Below are positions 9,807 through 18,124 of a DNA stretch of 64,000 nt, in pieces. The notes under the pieces are model-generated. The model searched no databases. It saw nothing but the letters and a program-made list of their open reading frames with translations, and was not told the DNA's origin. Position 1 is the stretch's first letter; each line of letters starts with the position of its first letter. Position numbers and translations under genes: made by a program. Source of the DNA: Pseudomonadota bacterium (lineage in GTDB: Bacteria > Pseudomonadota > Alphaproteobacteria > Rhodobacterales > Rhodobacteraceae); NCBI GenBank assembly GCA_039195745.1, contig JBCCVD010000012.1, positions 39,100 through 103,099 of the forward strand. Reading direction: 5' to 3'.

Positions 9807-11870
9807 TCAGCGGCTTTTGGCGAGGCTTTCTGCCAAGCGCATCAGCGTGATGGCCTCGGCACGGTAGCCAAACCGATCATCGCCTTTTGCGTCGGATGCA
9901 AGCGCAATCGCGTCTGAGTAGTTCCAGTCGCCAAGATAGTTCGACCCGCGCAGCAACTGGGCAAAACCCGCGATTGCACTTGCGAATTTGGCCTCTGTTG
10001 ACGTGCTGAGCGCAGCGGGGGAAATCACTGTCTCGATCAGCTGGCTTTGGTCTGCGCCGGGTTCCTTGTAGCGCAGCCGCAGGAAGCCCAGTTCATCGCT
10101 GTCAGAACTGGCCGCAGCCGCGCCGTAGCGCAGCGGGTCATTTAACACCGCAGGAGAGCCGACAGGCGTCACTTCATAAAGCGCCGTAACAGTATGGCCC
10201 GCGCCGATATCGCCCGCATCGACCTTGTCATTGTTGAAATCCTCGCGCTTCAAGGCACGAGTCTCATAGCCGATCAGGCGGTATTCGGCGATTTGAGCGG
10301 GATTGAATTCGACCTGCACTTTCACGTCCCCCGCTATAGGGAAAAGGACACCGGTGAGTTGATCGACCAGCACTTTGCGCGCCTCGCTCAGAGTGTCGAT
10401 ATAGGCGGCCTGACCATTGCCATTCTGCGCCAGCGTCTGCATCAGGCTGTCATTGAGGTTGCCTCGACCAAAACCCAAAACTGACAGGTAGGTGCCACTG
10501 TCACGTTTGGCTTCGATCAGGGTTTTCAACTGCTCGTCCGAGGATTGTCCGACATTGAAATCACCATCAGTCGCGAGAATGACGCGGCCGATCTCGCCCT
10601 CTTCAGACATTTGCTCGGCCACTTGATAGGCTTGCTGCAGGCCAGCTGCGCCAGCGGTTGAACCACCGGCAGACAGGTTAGTGAGGGCTGCGTTGATCTT
10701 GGCGGTCTCGCTGGCCGATGTGGGCTCAAGAACCAGTCCGGAGGAGCCAGCATAGGCCACAATCGCCACTTGATCCTCAGGGCGCAGTTCCGACAGCATC
10801 AGGCGGAAGCTCTGGATCAGCAGAGGCAGCTTGTCGGGGCTGTTCATTGACCCGGACGTGTCGATCAGGAAGACGAGGTTCAATGGCGGGCGATCCTCGA
10901 CCGCAGGCATTTCGCCTTGGATGCCGATATGAACCAGCTGTGTGTCGCTGTTCCATGGCGTTTCGCTGACAGAGACGGTGGTAGCGAAGGGCGCGTTGCC
11001 CTCAGGCGCGGCATAGGCATAGGGGAAATAATTCACCATCTCTTCGATCCGCACCGCCGCGGGATCCGGCAATTGGCCGTTTTGCAAAGACCGACGTACC
11101 CAAGTGTAACTGGCCGTGTCGACATCGGTGGAGAAGGTCGAAACCGGCTCTTCCGCTGCGATCTTCAGCGGGTTCGGGGCCTCATTGGTGAAGCGGTCAC
11201 TGCTGGCGCCCGGCTGTTGGATTACGTCAGCAGGAGTTGGTGCCGGCAGGATTGCAATTTCGGGCGACCCAGCAGCAAGCCCCGAGACCGAGCCAGCACG
11301 CGCCTGCTTCATGGCGTTGCGGTGGGCCGTGGATTGTGGTGCAGAGAATTGCAGCGGCTCTTCGGTGATCGCCTCTACAATGATCAATTGTCCATCGATG
11401 ATGTCCTGATCAGCGCCATCCTCTTTGATATCATCCGCAGAGACTGGATCGTCAGAGGGTATAACAACGATCAACTCTTCATCAAGCAGCCGACTTGTAG
11501 GAACATCTGATGTTTCGCCTATGCCATCTGTGGCTACGGTCTCGACCAGTTGTTCACTCGCCTTCCCTAGATCGGGTTGCAGGTTTGGCTGCACGAGCAC
11601 CACACCCACGCCAATGACGACAAGGGAAGATGTGGTGAGCAGCAGGGGTTTCATGGAAATGGGGGCAAACATGGATTTCAGTCCTTTCAAAAACGTGGGC
11701 CGCGAGGCCGGTGTTTCTTTGGGACGTGTCAGCTCCCCTCTTTCTTGGAGGGCTTTGAAATTTTCTTCGGCCACGATGAACGCGGCCTGTTTTGCAGGGC
11801 CATCAGCAGTGGGCGCGCCCTTTAGGGCGGCTTTCAATTTTGCGATATCGTCGTCGAATTCTTGCATCAC
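9807..11870 (-). CDS. Membrane-anchored vWA-domain protein (YfbK-like, vWA + DUF3520), probable anti-sigma/sensor
   Basis: STFSTDVDTASY, VRIEEMVNYF, FLIDTSGSM (MIDAS), LATDGDFNVG, EDFNNDKVDAGDIGAGH; single TM near aa 75-92; GTGA overlap with sigma gene. Confidence 0.88.
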   Translation of the reverse strand: MMQEFDDDIAKLKAALKGAPTADGPAKQAAFIVAEENFKALQERGELTRPKETPASRPTFLKGLKSMFAPISMKPLLLTTSSLVVIGVGVVLVQPNLQPDLGKASEQLVETVATDGIGETSDVPTSRLLDEELIVVIPSDDPVSADDIKEDGADQDIIDGQLIIVEAITEEPLQFSAPQSTAHRNAMKQARAGSVSGLAAGSPEIAILPAPTPADVIQQPGASSDRFTNEAPNPLKIAAEEPVSTFSTDVDTASYTWVRRSLQNGQLPDPAAVRIEEMVNYFPYAYAAPEGNAPFATTVSVSETPWNSDTQLVHIGIQGEMPAVEDRPPLNLVFLIDTSGSMNSPDKLPLLIQSFRLMLSELRPEDQVAIVAYAGSSGLVLEPTSASETAKINAALTNLSAGGSTAGAAGLQQAYQVAEQMSEEGEIGRVILATDGDFNVGQSSDEQLKTLIEAKRDSGTYLSVLGFGRGNLNDSLMQTLAQNGNGQAAYIDTLSEARKVLVDQLTGVLFPIAGDVKVQVEFNPAQIAEYRLIGYETRALKREDFNNDKVDAGDIGAGHTVTALYEVTPVGSPAVLNDPLRYGAAAASSDSDELGFLRLRYKEPGADQSQLIETVISPAALSTSTEAKFASAIAGFAQLLRGSNYLGDWNYSDAIALASDAKGDDRFGYRAEAITLMRLAESLAKSR

Positions 11871-12403
11871 ATGGCCTCCTTCTCGGCCAGGGCGCGGAGA
11901 TGTTTTTTGACCTCCGACATGCGCCAGGCGATGGTGCCTTCCGACAATCCCATCACCTCCGCCGCTTCCTTCTGGGTCATATCCTCTCCCAGAGTCAGCG
12001 CAACAGTTTCGCGCAATTCCTCGGGCAGGGAAGACATGGCCCGATGCAGCCAGTCATAGCTTTCGGCTGCTTCCGCATCGGCGGCTGCGCGCATTTTGTA
12101 GTCTTCGCCCCAGCCTTCCCGCGCCTTTAGCCGCCGTTGGTTTTTGCGGGCGCGGTCTGTGCCCGCATTCATTACCACGCGGTAAAGCCAGGTCGTGAAT
12201 TTGGCGTCCCCGCGAAAGTTGCGCAATTTCGCGGGCAGGGCGGCCATGACATCATGGGCCAGATCCTCGGCATCGGCCTGCGTCCCGCAAAGCCGCCACC
12301 CCATCCGGTAGATGCGGTCGTAATGGCGGCGGATCAACAGGCCGAAGGCCTCGCTGTCCCCATTGGCGGCGGCAAGCGCCAAAGCCTCATCACTGGTTTT
12401 CAT
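11867..12403 (-). CDS. ECF RNA polymerase sigma factor
   Basis: AEDLAHD, FTTWLYRV (region 2), LPEELRETV..EGTIAWRM (region 4); start at 12403 or 12409. Confidence 0.92.
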   Translation of the reverse strand: MKTSDEALALAAANGDSEAFGLLIRRHYDRIYRMGWRLCGTQADAEDLAHDVMAALPAKLRNFRGDAKFTTWLYRVVMNAGTDRARKNQRRLKAREGWGEDYKMRAAADAEAAESYDWLHRAMSSLPEELRETVALTLGEDMTQKEAAEVMGLSEGTIAWRMSEVKKHLRALAEKEAM

Positions 12404-12461
12404 ACGCATAGTGATGGTAGGACGGATGGGCTTGGTCAATCCTTGGAAAAAAGTTGAAAAA

Positions 12462-13256
12462 ATGTCTGATGCGCAGAAAGCCCTTGATGATGCTTATGAA
12501 AATGGCGGTTTCATTCCCCGCGCGGACACCTACCCGCCCAAATGGGAAGCGGATGCAGCGGCGTTTCGCGCTGCCGTGGCGTGCAAGTTAGACATTCCAT
12601 ATGGCGCTGGGGCACGCGCGCAATATGACCTGTTTTACCCCGCGCAGGAGGCCAAAGGTCTGTTCGTCTTTGTGCATGGCGGCTATTGGAAAGCGCGGTC
12701 GAAATCCGATTGGTCGCATTTCGCGGGTGGGGCAATCGAGCATGGCTTTGATGCGGCGCTGATCGGTTATCCGCTGGCACCTGAGGCGCGGATTTCCCAG
12801 ATCACACAATGCATCAGTGCAGGCATCACGGTGGCCGCAGCGCAGGTCGATGGGCCAATCCGACTGGCTGGTCATTCGGCGGGCGGACATCTTGTGGCGC
12901 GCATGGCAATGCCGGGCGTGCTGCCCGAGGTTGTCGCCCGGCGCGTGGACCGGATCATGCCAATCTCCCCTCTGTCGGATCTCAGGCCGCTGCTTGATCT
13001 TTCAATGAATGAGATATTGCAGTTGGACCCCGCAGAGGCTGTGGCAGAAAGCCCGGTTCTGGGAGGCAAACGCGACCATATCGCGATGAATACGATAGTG
13101 GGATCGCAGGAACGTCCGGCATTTTTGGATCAGAACCGCTGGCTGGCCGAGGCCTGGGGCATTGAAGAGATGATCCTGCCCGGACGACATCATTTCGATG
13201 TCATTGATGGGCTGGCGGCGGGCGATACGCCGGTGATGCGCTGGTTGATGGCTTAG
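12462..13256 (+). CDS. Alpha/beta hydrolase, kynurenine formamidase-like esterase
   Basis: HGGYW oxyanion motif, GHSAGGHL nucleophile elbow, HHF His; start placed at ATG 12462. Confidence 0.85.
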   Translation: MSDAQKALDDAYENGGFIPRADTYPPKWEADAAAFRAAVACKLDIPYGAGARAQYDLFYPAQEAKGLFVFVHGGYWKARSKSDWSHFAGGAIEHGFDAALIGYPLAPEARISQITQCISAGITVAAAQVDGPIRLAGHSAGGHLVARMAMPGVLPEVVARRVDRIMPISPLSDLRPLLDLSMNEILQLDPAEAVAESPVLGGKRDHIAMNTIVGSQERPAFLDQNRWLAEAWGIEEMILPGRHHFDVIDGLAAGDTPVMRWLMA

Positions 13257-13282
13257 GATATGCATATTTTTTGCAGAAAGAA
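13256..13282. repeat. Third copy of the 27-nt repeat seen at 9542 and 9784
   Basis: GGATATGCATATTTTTTGCAGAAAGAA, 23/27 identical to each arm; fills the gap between two convergent stop codons. Confidence 0.65.
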
Positions 13283-13285
13283 GAC

Positions 13286-14281
13286 CTAGCCGCCAAACCT
13301 GTCTTGCCATGTGGGCAATATGTCCTCTCGTGCCTGCGTCGCTTCGTAGACGGCGCGCGCGATGGCGCGGGCGAGGCAGACGGACGCGGCATGGCCGATA
13401 GTGAGCGGATCCATCACGGCATCTTGCAACTCCCGGGCTTGCGTTGAGACACCAAAGATCAGGTCGCCATCCATCGGTGTATGGCTGGGCCAAAGCGCGC
13501 GGGCCATGCCGTCTTGCGCTGCCGTTGCCATCCGTGTGCAGCCCGCTTTGTCGAGCGCCGCATCTGTGGCCACGATGGCAATTGTCGTGGCTTCGCCGGG
13601 GGTGAGCTTGATGCGTGGCGTCAGGGCGGCATTGTGGGTAATCTTGGGGCCGAGCCCGCCGAATTCTGCGTCAAGCTCGCAGGGCGCTGCATGGAAATGC
13701 GGGCTGTCTTCCACGGTCGCTGATCCCAGCGCATTGACCACCACCAAAGCGCCCACCGTGTAGCCCGAAGGCAAAACCAGTGAGGCAGAGCCGAGCCCGC
13801 CTTTCAGATTGACCGTTGTCGCGCCCGTGCCCGCGCCTTGGCTGCCGATTTCAAAATCAGGCACAGCAGCGTCTGCGGCCTTTGCGCCAAGTGCGGGGTA
13901 GGGATTGGCGTCCCAGGCCGTGTCGCCGCCGCTGGCCAGATCGAAGATGATGGCCGCTGGCACAATCGGAACAACATGCGGACCGACAGCAAAACCGATC
14001 CCCGTCTTGCGCAATGTCGCCGCCACCCCGTCGGCTGCTGCCAGCCCGAAAGCGGAGCCGCCAGACAGCACCAGTGCGTTGACCTGTTGCACGGTCTTGT
14101 CAGGCGCCAGCAAATCCGTTTCCCGCGTGCCGGGCGCACCACCCATCACGTTGATGCCAGCCGTAAACGGCGCGGCCCCGCGCAACACTGTGACACCGGA
14201 TTTCAGCGCACCGTCCTGCGCATTGCCGACCGTCAAGCCGGGCACATCGGTGATCAGATTGCGCGGCCCCGGACGCATCAT
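13286..14281 (-). CDS. P1-family peptidase (DmpA/ArgJ-like, S58)
   Basis: NLITDVPGLTVG, GGAPGTRET, LSGGSAFGL, TTIAIVATDA, DGDLIF motifs. Confidence 0.9.
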   Translation of the reverse strand: MMRPGPRNLITDVPGLTVGNAQDGALKSGVTVLRGAAPFTAGINVMGGAPGTRETDLLAPDKTVQQVNALVLSGGSAFGLAAADGVAATLRKTGIGFAVGPHVVPIVPAAIIFDLASGGDTAWDANPYPALGAKAADAAVPDFEIGSQGAGTGATTVNLKGGLGSASLVLPSGYTVGALVVVNALGSATVEDSPHFHAAPCELDAEFGGLGPKITHNAALTPRIKLTPGEATTIAIVATDAALDKAGCTRMATAAQDGMARALWPSHTPMDGDLIFGVSTQARELQDAVMDPLTIGHAASVCLARAIARAVYEATQAREDILPTWQDRFGG

Positions 14282-14628
14282 ATCCGCGGCTTTCCTGCAG
14301 CCGTTGCCGGATCCCCTGTGTTGGGCGTGCCTGCGGGCTCGATCAGCAGAACTTTCGCCTCGCGGCTGGCCCTTGGCCGATGCCGCACGCCCGCAGGTAC
14401 CACGCAGAGTTCTCCGGGTCCCAAAACATGGCTCTCCCCTTCGATGTCCAGCGTGACCTCCCCATCGAGCACCAGGAAGAAATCATCCGTGTCGGGATGG
14501 TCGTGAAAGGGAAATGTACCCTGAAATTTGACCACCATCACGTCGTTGCCATTGTAGTCGGCCACGACATGCGGGTCCCAATGGGAACTGAATTGCGCCA
14601 GCTTCTCGGCCAAATTCACAGGTTTCAT
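14278..14628 (-). CDS. Cupin-domain protein
   Basis: HDHPDTDDFF...VPAGVRHRP cupin motifs; ATG at 14628. Confidence 0.88.
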   Translation of the reverse strand: MKPVNLAEKLAQFSSHWDPHVVADYNGNDVMVVKFQGTFPFHDHPDTDDFFLVLDGEVTLDIEGESHVLGPGELCVVPAGVRHRPRASREAKVLLIEPAGTPNTGDPATAAGKPRI

Positions 14629-14734
14629 CGACAGCACTCCTTCCCGGCGCATCTTGCCAGATCGCGGCTGACCCGCAAGGGTCTGCGCGCTGTCATGGTT
14701 TCGTCATTTTGCTATGGTTTGCAGGCCATTCACA

Positions 14735-14787
14735 TGGCAAACTCTCGTAAATTGCCACATCATGCCCATGTTATAGGGCATAACATG
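14735..14787. promoter_or_regulatory. Two inverted repeats upstream of the coiled-coil/AAA operon
   Basis: TGGCAA-N11-TTGCCA (14735-14757) and perfect CATGTTAT-N5-ATAACATG (14767-14787), ending 20 nt before ATG 14808. Confidence 0.5.
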
Positions 14788-14807
14788 AACAAGAGGGATG
14801 GATTTAC

Positions 14808-15884
14808 ATGGCTGTTTTTGATGCACAGGTTCGGGAATCGCAGGCACAGGTCGAGGAAGCGCAGGCGAAGATTTCAGAGCTGACCAGCCGCATTGAAACG
14901 GCCCGTGCCAAGCTGAAAACCGGCGATGATATCTCCATCGACATCGAAAATGCCTCCCTTGAAGATGTGCATGCGCATACTGAGCTGATGAATGCCAATA
15001 TCGCTGAGTTGATCATGGGGCTCGATGATGTGACCTCCGGCTTTTCCGAAGATTTTAATGCGATGCGCGACAAGACCGGCTGGGAAAGCTTTGTGGGCAT
15101 TTTCTCCAAGGGCAAATCCGAATCCTTACGTCAGGAACGTATGCGCACGGCGTCTATCGACGATAAGCTGCAGGATTTGATCTCCAAATCCGACCAGATC
15201 GTGGCGCTGTTGCAAGGCCAGTTATCCGTGCTCAACGAACAGAAAACAAAGGTTGAAGGCAACCTGACAGAGACCTTGGACGAGCGCGAGATGACGGTCG
15301 GCGAGCTTGAAACCCTGCGCGCAGAGATCCTTGGCATGGACCCGAAGATGATCGAGCTGGAGAATAAAATTTCCGTCGAACAGGACGCCGCCGCACGTAC
15401 GAAGCTTGAGACCGAGCTGGCTGATCTCAACACGAAGTACAACGCGATGGTGCAGGACGAGCAGGTTAAGCTCGCCAAGTCCCAAACGCTGGAGCGCTAT
15501 ATCGAGAAAGGCAAAACCTGGATCGACTCCCTGCAGAACCAAGCCGCGACGCAGATGGTGCTGATCAACAAGCTGGAGACGGACACCAAGCAACGCGTCG
15601 TGCTCTATGATGCCCTGACCAAATCCTTGAAGACCGCCCAGCAGCAGGACGTGGCCCACCAGATCAACGAGATCGGCGTCAAGACGGATCAGGAAGCCCA
15701 AGCCGCCATGGCCGGGATCGGTTCAGCGACGAATGCCCGCATGGCCGAGATGATGGAAGCCCATGAAGACCAAATGGTCTTCGCCCGCAAGGTGTTGGAG
15801 CAGAAGGCCAAAGCCGACGAACGCTTCGCCCGCCGCTTCGAGAAGATTGTAGAGAAGCACGACAAGAACCTCTACGGGGCGTAA
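14808..15884 (+). CDS. Core gene A: 358-aa all-helical coiled-coil protein (TelA-like size and pattern, inferred)
   Basis: Heptad-rich, no TM; host-like codon usage; GAGGGA RBS; amphipathic WESFVGIFSK segment. Confidence 0.8.
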   Translation: MAVFDAQVRESQAQVEEAQAKISELTSRIETARAKLKTGDDISIDIENASLEDVHAHTELMNANIAELIMGLDDVTSGFSEDFNAMRDKTGWESFVGIFSKGKSESLRQERMRTASIDDKLQDLISKSDQIVALLQGQLSVLNEQKTKVEGNLTETLDEREMTVGELETLRAEILGMDPKMIELENKISVEQDAAARTKLETELADLNTKYNAMVQDEQVKLAKSQTLERYIEKGKTWIDSLQNQAATQMVLINKLETDTKQRVVLYDALTKSLKTAQQQDVAHQINEIGVKTDQEAQAAMAGIGSATNARMAEMMEAHEDQMVFARKVLEQKAKADERFARRFEKIVEKHDKNLYGA

Positions 15885-16145
15885 GTGCTTTCGAGGGAAG
15901 CGAAACAATGTCTGACCATCGGTTGTGTCCTTATTGCGATAAGCTTGCTTCCCGGTCTGATCCTTTATCTGTCGTTAACCCATGACATTTGGTTTCCGCC
16001 AGTCGTCGAACGAATTGCCGGTGCGGTGTTTTACTTCGCTTCATTTGTGTTAGGGCTCTTGGGCATCGTTTTTCTAGCAGTCGGAGTCGTGGCGCTTTGT
16101 GTTGCAAAGTTGAAAAAGAAAGAACCCGAGATTGCGGATTATTGA
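15885..16145 (+). CDS. Small 2-TM hypothetical protein (insert)
   Basis: GTG directly after the gene A stop; two hydrophobic stretches, basic tail; AT-richer than core. Confidence 0.6.
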   Translation: MLSREAKQCLTIGCVLIAISLLPGLILYLSLTHDIWFPPVVERIAGAVFYFASFVLGLLGIVFLAVGVVALCVAKLKKKEPEIADY

Positions 16146-16153
16146 AGTTCCAA

Positions 16154-16262
16154 AGCCCGACACTAGCACGCAAGCGCTGAGAGCAGCCCTCGACCGCAGG
16201 CGTCGGGCTGAAAGCCCCCGCCCATGGGGGCGGTCGGGGGCTACCCGGTGTTTCACACCGGG
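16154..16262. repeat. Composite REP-like palindrome cluster
   Basis: AGCCCGAC/GTCGGGCT (16154-16161/16202-16209), GGGCT-GAA-AGCCC, AGCCCCC/GGGGGCT (16213-16242), CCCGGTGT/ACACCGGG (16244-16262). Confidence 0.65.
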
Positions 16263-16277
16263 CGGGAGCGGATTGTC

Positions 16278-16496
16278 ATGAGCGGCACCACAAAACAAGT
16301 GAACCCATTTAGACTCTTCGTTTGCGTAGTCGTCGGAGCAATTAACATTCGACTGGGTTTCGAGCTCTACGATGGCGGATTTTGGTCCTTGCTATTGGGG
16401 GCAGTATTTACCACAGGCGGTGCCGCGTTGATTGCATCCGCGATTTTCATCGCGTTTCGGCGCTCCGTTCGATTGGATATGACGAAAAATGACTGA
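16278..16496 (+). CDS. Small 2-TM hypothetical protein (insert), 72 aa
   Basis: ATG 16278 after GGGAG; two hydrophobic segments; stop overlaps the duplicated gene B start. Confidence 0.55.
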   Translation: MSGTTKQVNPFRLFVCVVVGAINIRLGFELYDGGFWSLLLGAVFTTGGAALIASAIFIAFRRSVRLDMTKND

Positions 16497-16532
16497 AGAC
16501 CTCAACCTCACCGTCGATCACGCGGGCATCAC
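16489..16532 (+). repeat. 44-nt direct repeat, truncated copy of the 5' end of core gene B
   Basis: 42/44 identical to 16958-17001 (ATGACTGAAGACCTCAACCTCACC[G/A]TCGATCA[C/T]GCGGGCATCAC); reads MTEDLNLTVDHAGIT then diverges to a stop at 16588-16590. Confidence 0.92.
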
Positions 16533-16589
16533 TTTTGTAGTAGGGTCAGGATTTGAAGCCTGGCGCAATTGCCCTCTAAGGAGAAGTTA

Positions 16590-16961
16590 GTGCTGCGTTT
16601 TATAAGTGGGCTTGTATGTGCGCTTTTGGGGTGGATCGCAGTGTCTGCAATCTATTGTTTGACCATGCTTGTGGTCGCTCTGCCGTGGTTCGCATCTGCA
16701 ATTCTCGCGATGATACTGACCGACAATGACACCATCCGACTGTTCATTATGGCGCCCGCAACGCTATTTCTTTTCATCTTTTTCTTCTGGTTCGCGTCAC
16801 GCTTCGTGTTGGCGGGGTTCTTCGGAATATGGGGCATGGCGGGATTGGTGTTCCACAAGAGCGCTGACGTGACGCCCTCCCGCATCGCCAATTTTCTAGT
16901 CGAACGCGCACAGCTGATGCGAAGCGATTTAGTGTGGTACTTTTCGAAGGTTAAATCATGA
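16590..16961 (+). CDS. 3-TM hypothetical protein (insert), about 123 aa
   Basis: GTG 16590 with AAGGAG at 16578-16583 (track start 16569); strongly hydrophobic; ATGA overlap with gene B. Confidence 0.65.
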   Translation: MLRFISGLVCALLGWIAVSAIYCLTMLVVALPWFASAILAMILTDNDTIRLFIMAPATLFLFIFFFWFASRFVLAGFFGIWGMAGLVFHKSADVTPSRIANFLVERAQLMRSDLVWYFSKVKS

Positions 16962-18088
16962 CTGAAGACCTCAACCTCACCATCGATCATGCGGGCATCA
17001 CGGATGACCTCGCGGCCCGCCGTTACTTCGCGAAGTTCGAGCGGATCACAGGGCATCTCGCCCGGGTGGCGGCTGAGATGGAGATTGAGCGCACGTTCAG
17101 CAAGCGCGATGTGGATATCATCGCGGGCTATGTGGCACGGATCGCTTATACCTTCCGCGCGCTCAGCCATAAATATCTGCTGACGGGCCGTGACACGGGG
17201 CAGTTTTTCGGCTCGCTCACCATCGACAAGAAGGAAAGTGGTTTTCCCGTTTTCTCGGAACTCATGACCATGGCCAATGATGCGCAACAGGCCGAAAAGC
17301 ATCTGGGCGGCATGCGCAGCAAGGAAGATATCAAGGACGAGATGATCCGCCAGATTGTCGGCGATCTGACAATCCCGACCAAGCTGCAATTCGCACTGTC
17401 ACAACGGATGTATTACGAGCAATTGCAGCTTGGCGATTTGTTCTGGGCCACCAATGATGCGCAAGCGCTTTGGACTGGTAACCTTGATAATCGCCGCACC
17501 TATCTGCTGCATTGGGCTGTTTACGATTCGCGCCAGAATGTGCCGACCATCTATCTGATGGATATCGAGGATTCCGGCGACATCGCTCTGCCCAAAGACG
17601 CCCGACGCTGGCCCTCTGTGCAGGCGCATCTGACCGCACAAGGCTCGAACGGGCTGAAGCTGTTGACCATCGCGCAGGGTTTTGATCGCGACTTTGACGA
17701 TCTGCACCCCAAACGCCTGCGCCGTATCCATGTGGGCCCGATGTACAGCCACGCCTTCACACATCAGTCCGGTCCGATCCGCGACGTGCTGGCCGAGGCG
17801 CAAGGTGCGCAGGGCGAAGACTGGACGCTGGCTTGGACGGTCGAGACGCTGGAATCCGAGCGCGTCGAGATGGAGAAGAAAGGCTGGTTCGGCTCGGTCG
17901 AGCGCGAGATCTTCGCGCTCGATCCCTTTGCCGGGCGCGGCGCTGAGACAGGTGCGACCTCAACCGAGCGCTCCATCATCATGCCCACGCGCCCCTATCA
18001 GGTTCTGGCCGAGAAAAACCCGGCAGGTTTCGCCAATATCCGCAAATTCGTCGTCAGCCCGGCCGGCCGTGTCGTGAGCTACAGGTAG
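16958..18088 (+). CDS. Core gene B: 376-aa soluble protein of unknown function
   Basis: Long ORF with host-like GC3; no motif recognised. Confidence 0.8.
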   Translation: MTEDLNLTIDHAGITDDLAARRYFAKFERITGHLARVAAEMEIERTFSKRDVDIIAGYVARIAYTFRALSHKYLLTGRDTGQFFGSLTIDKKESGFPVFSELMTMANDAQQAEKHLGGMRSKEDIKDEMIRQIVGDLTIPTKLQFALSQRMYYEQLQLGDLFWATNDAQALWTGNLDNRRTYLLHWAVYDSRQNVPTIYLMDIEDSGDIALPKDARRWPSVQAHLTAQGSNGLKLLTIAQGFDRDFDDLHPKRLRRIHVGPMYSHAFTHQSGPIRDVLAEAQGAQGEDWTLAWTVETLESERVEMEKKGWFGSVEREIFALDPFAGRGAETGATSTERSIIMPTRPYQVLAEKNPAGFANIRKFVVSPAGRVVSYR

Positions 18089-18107
18089 GGTGGGCAATCT
18101 GCCCACC
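18085..18107 (+). repeat. GTAG-type REP element
   Basis: GTAG followed by GGTGGGCA-ATC-TGCCCACC (perfect 8-bp stem); its TAG is the stop of gene B. Confidence 0.7.
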
Positions 18108-18124
18108 GTTCAAAGGAAAAACAC

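Noticed and set aside
14735-14757. Sigma54 promoter for the coiled-coil operon
   Set aside because: TGGC and TTGC are present but the GG-to-GC spacing is far longer than the required 10 nt; kept only as an inverted repeat.
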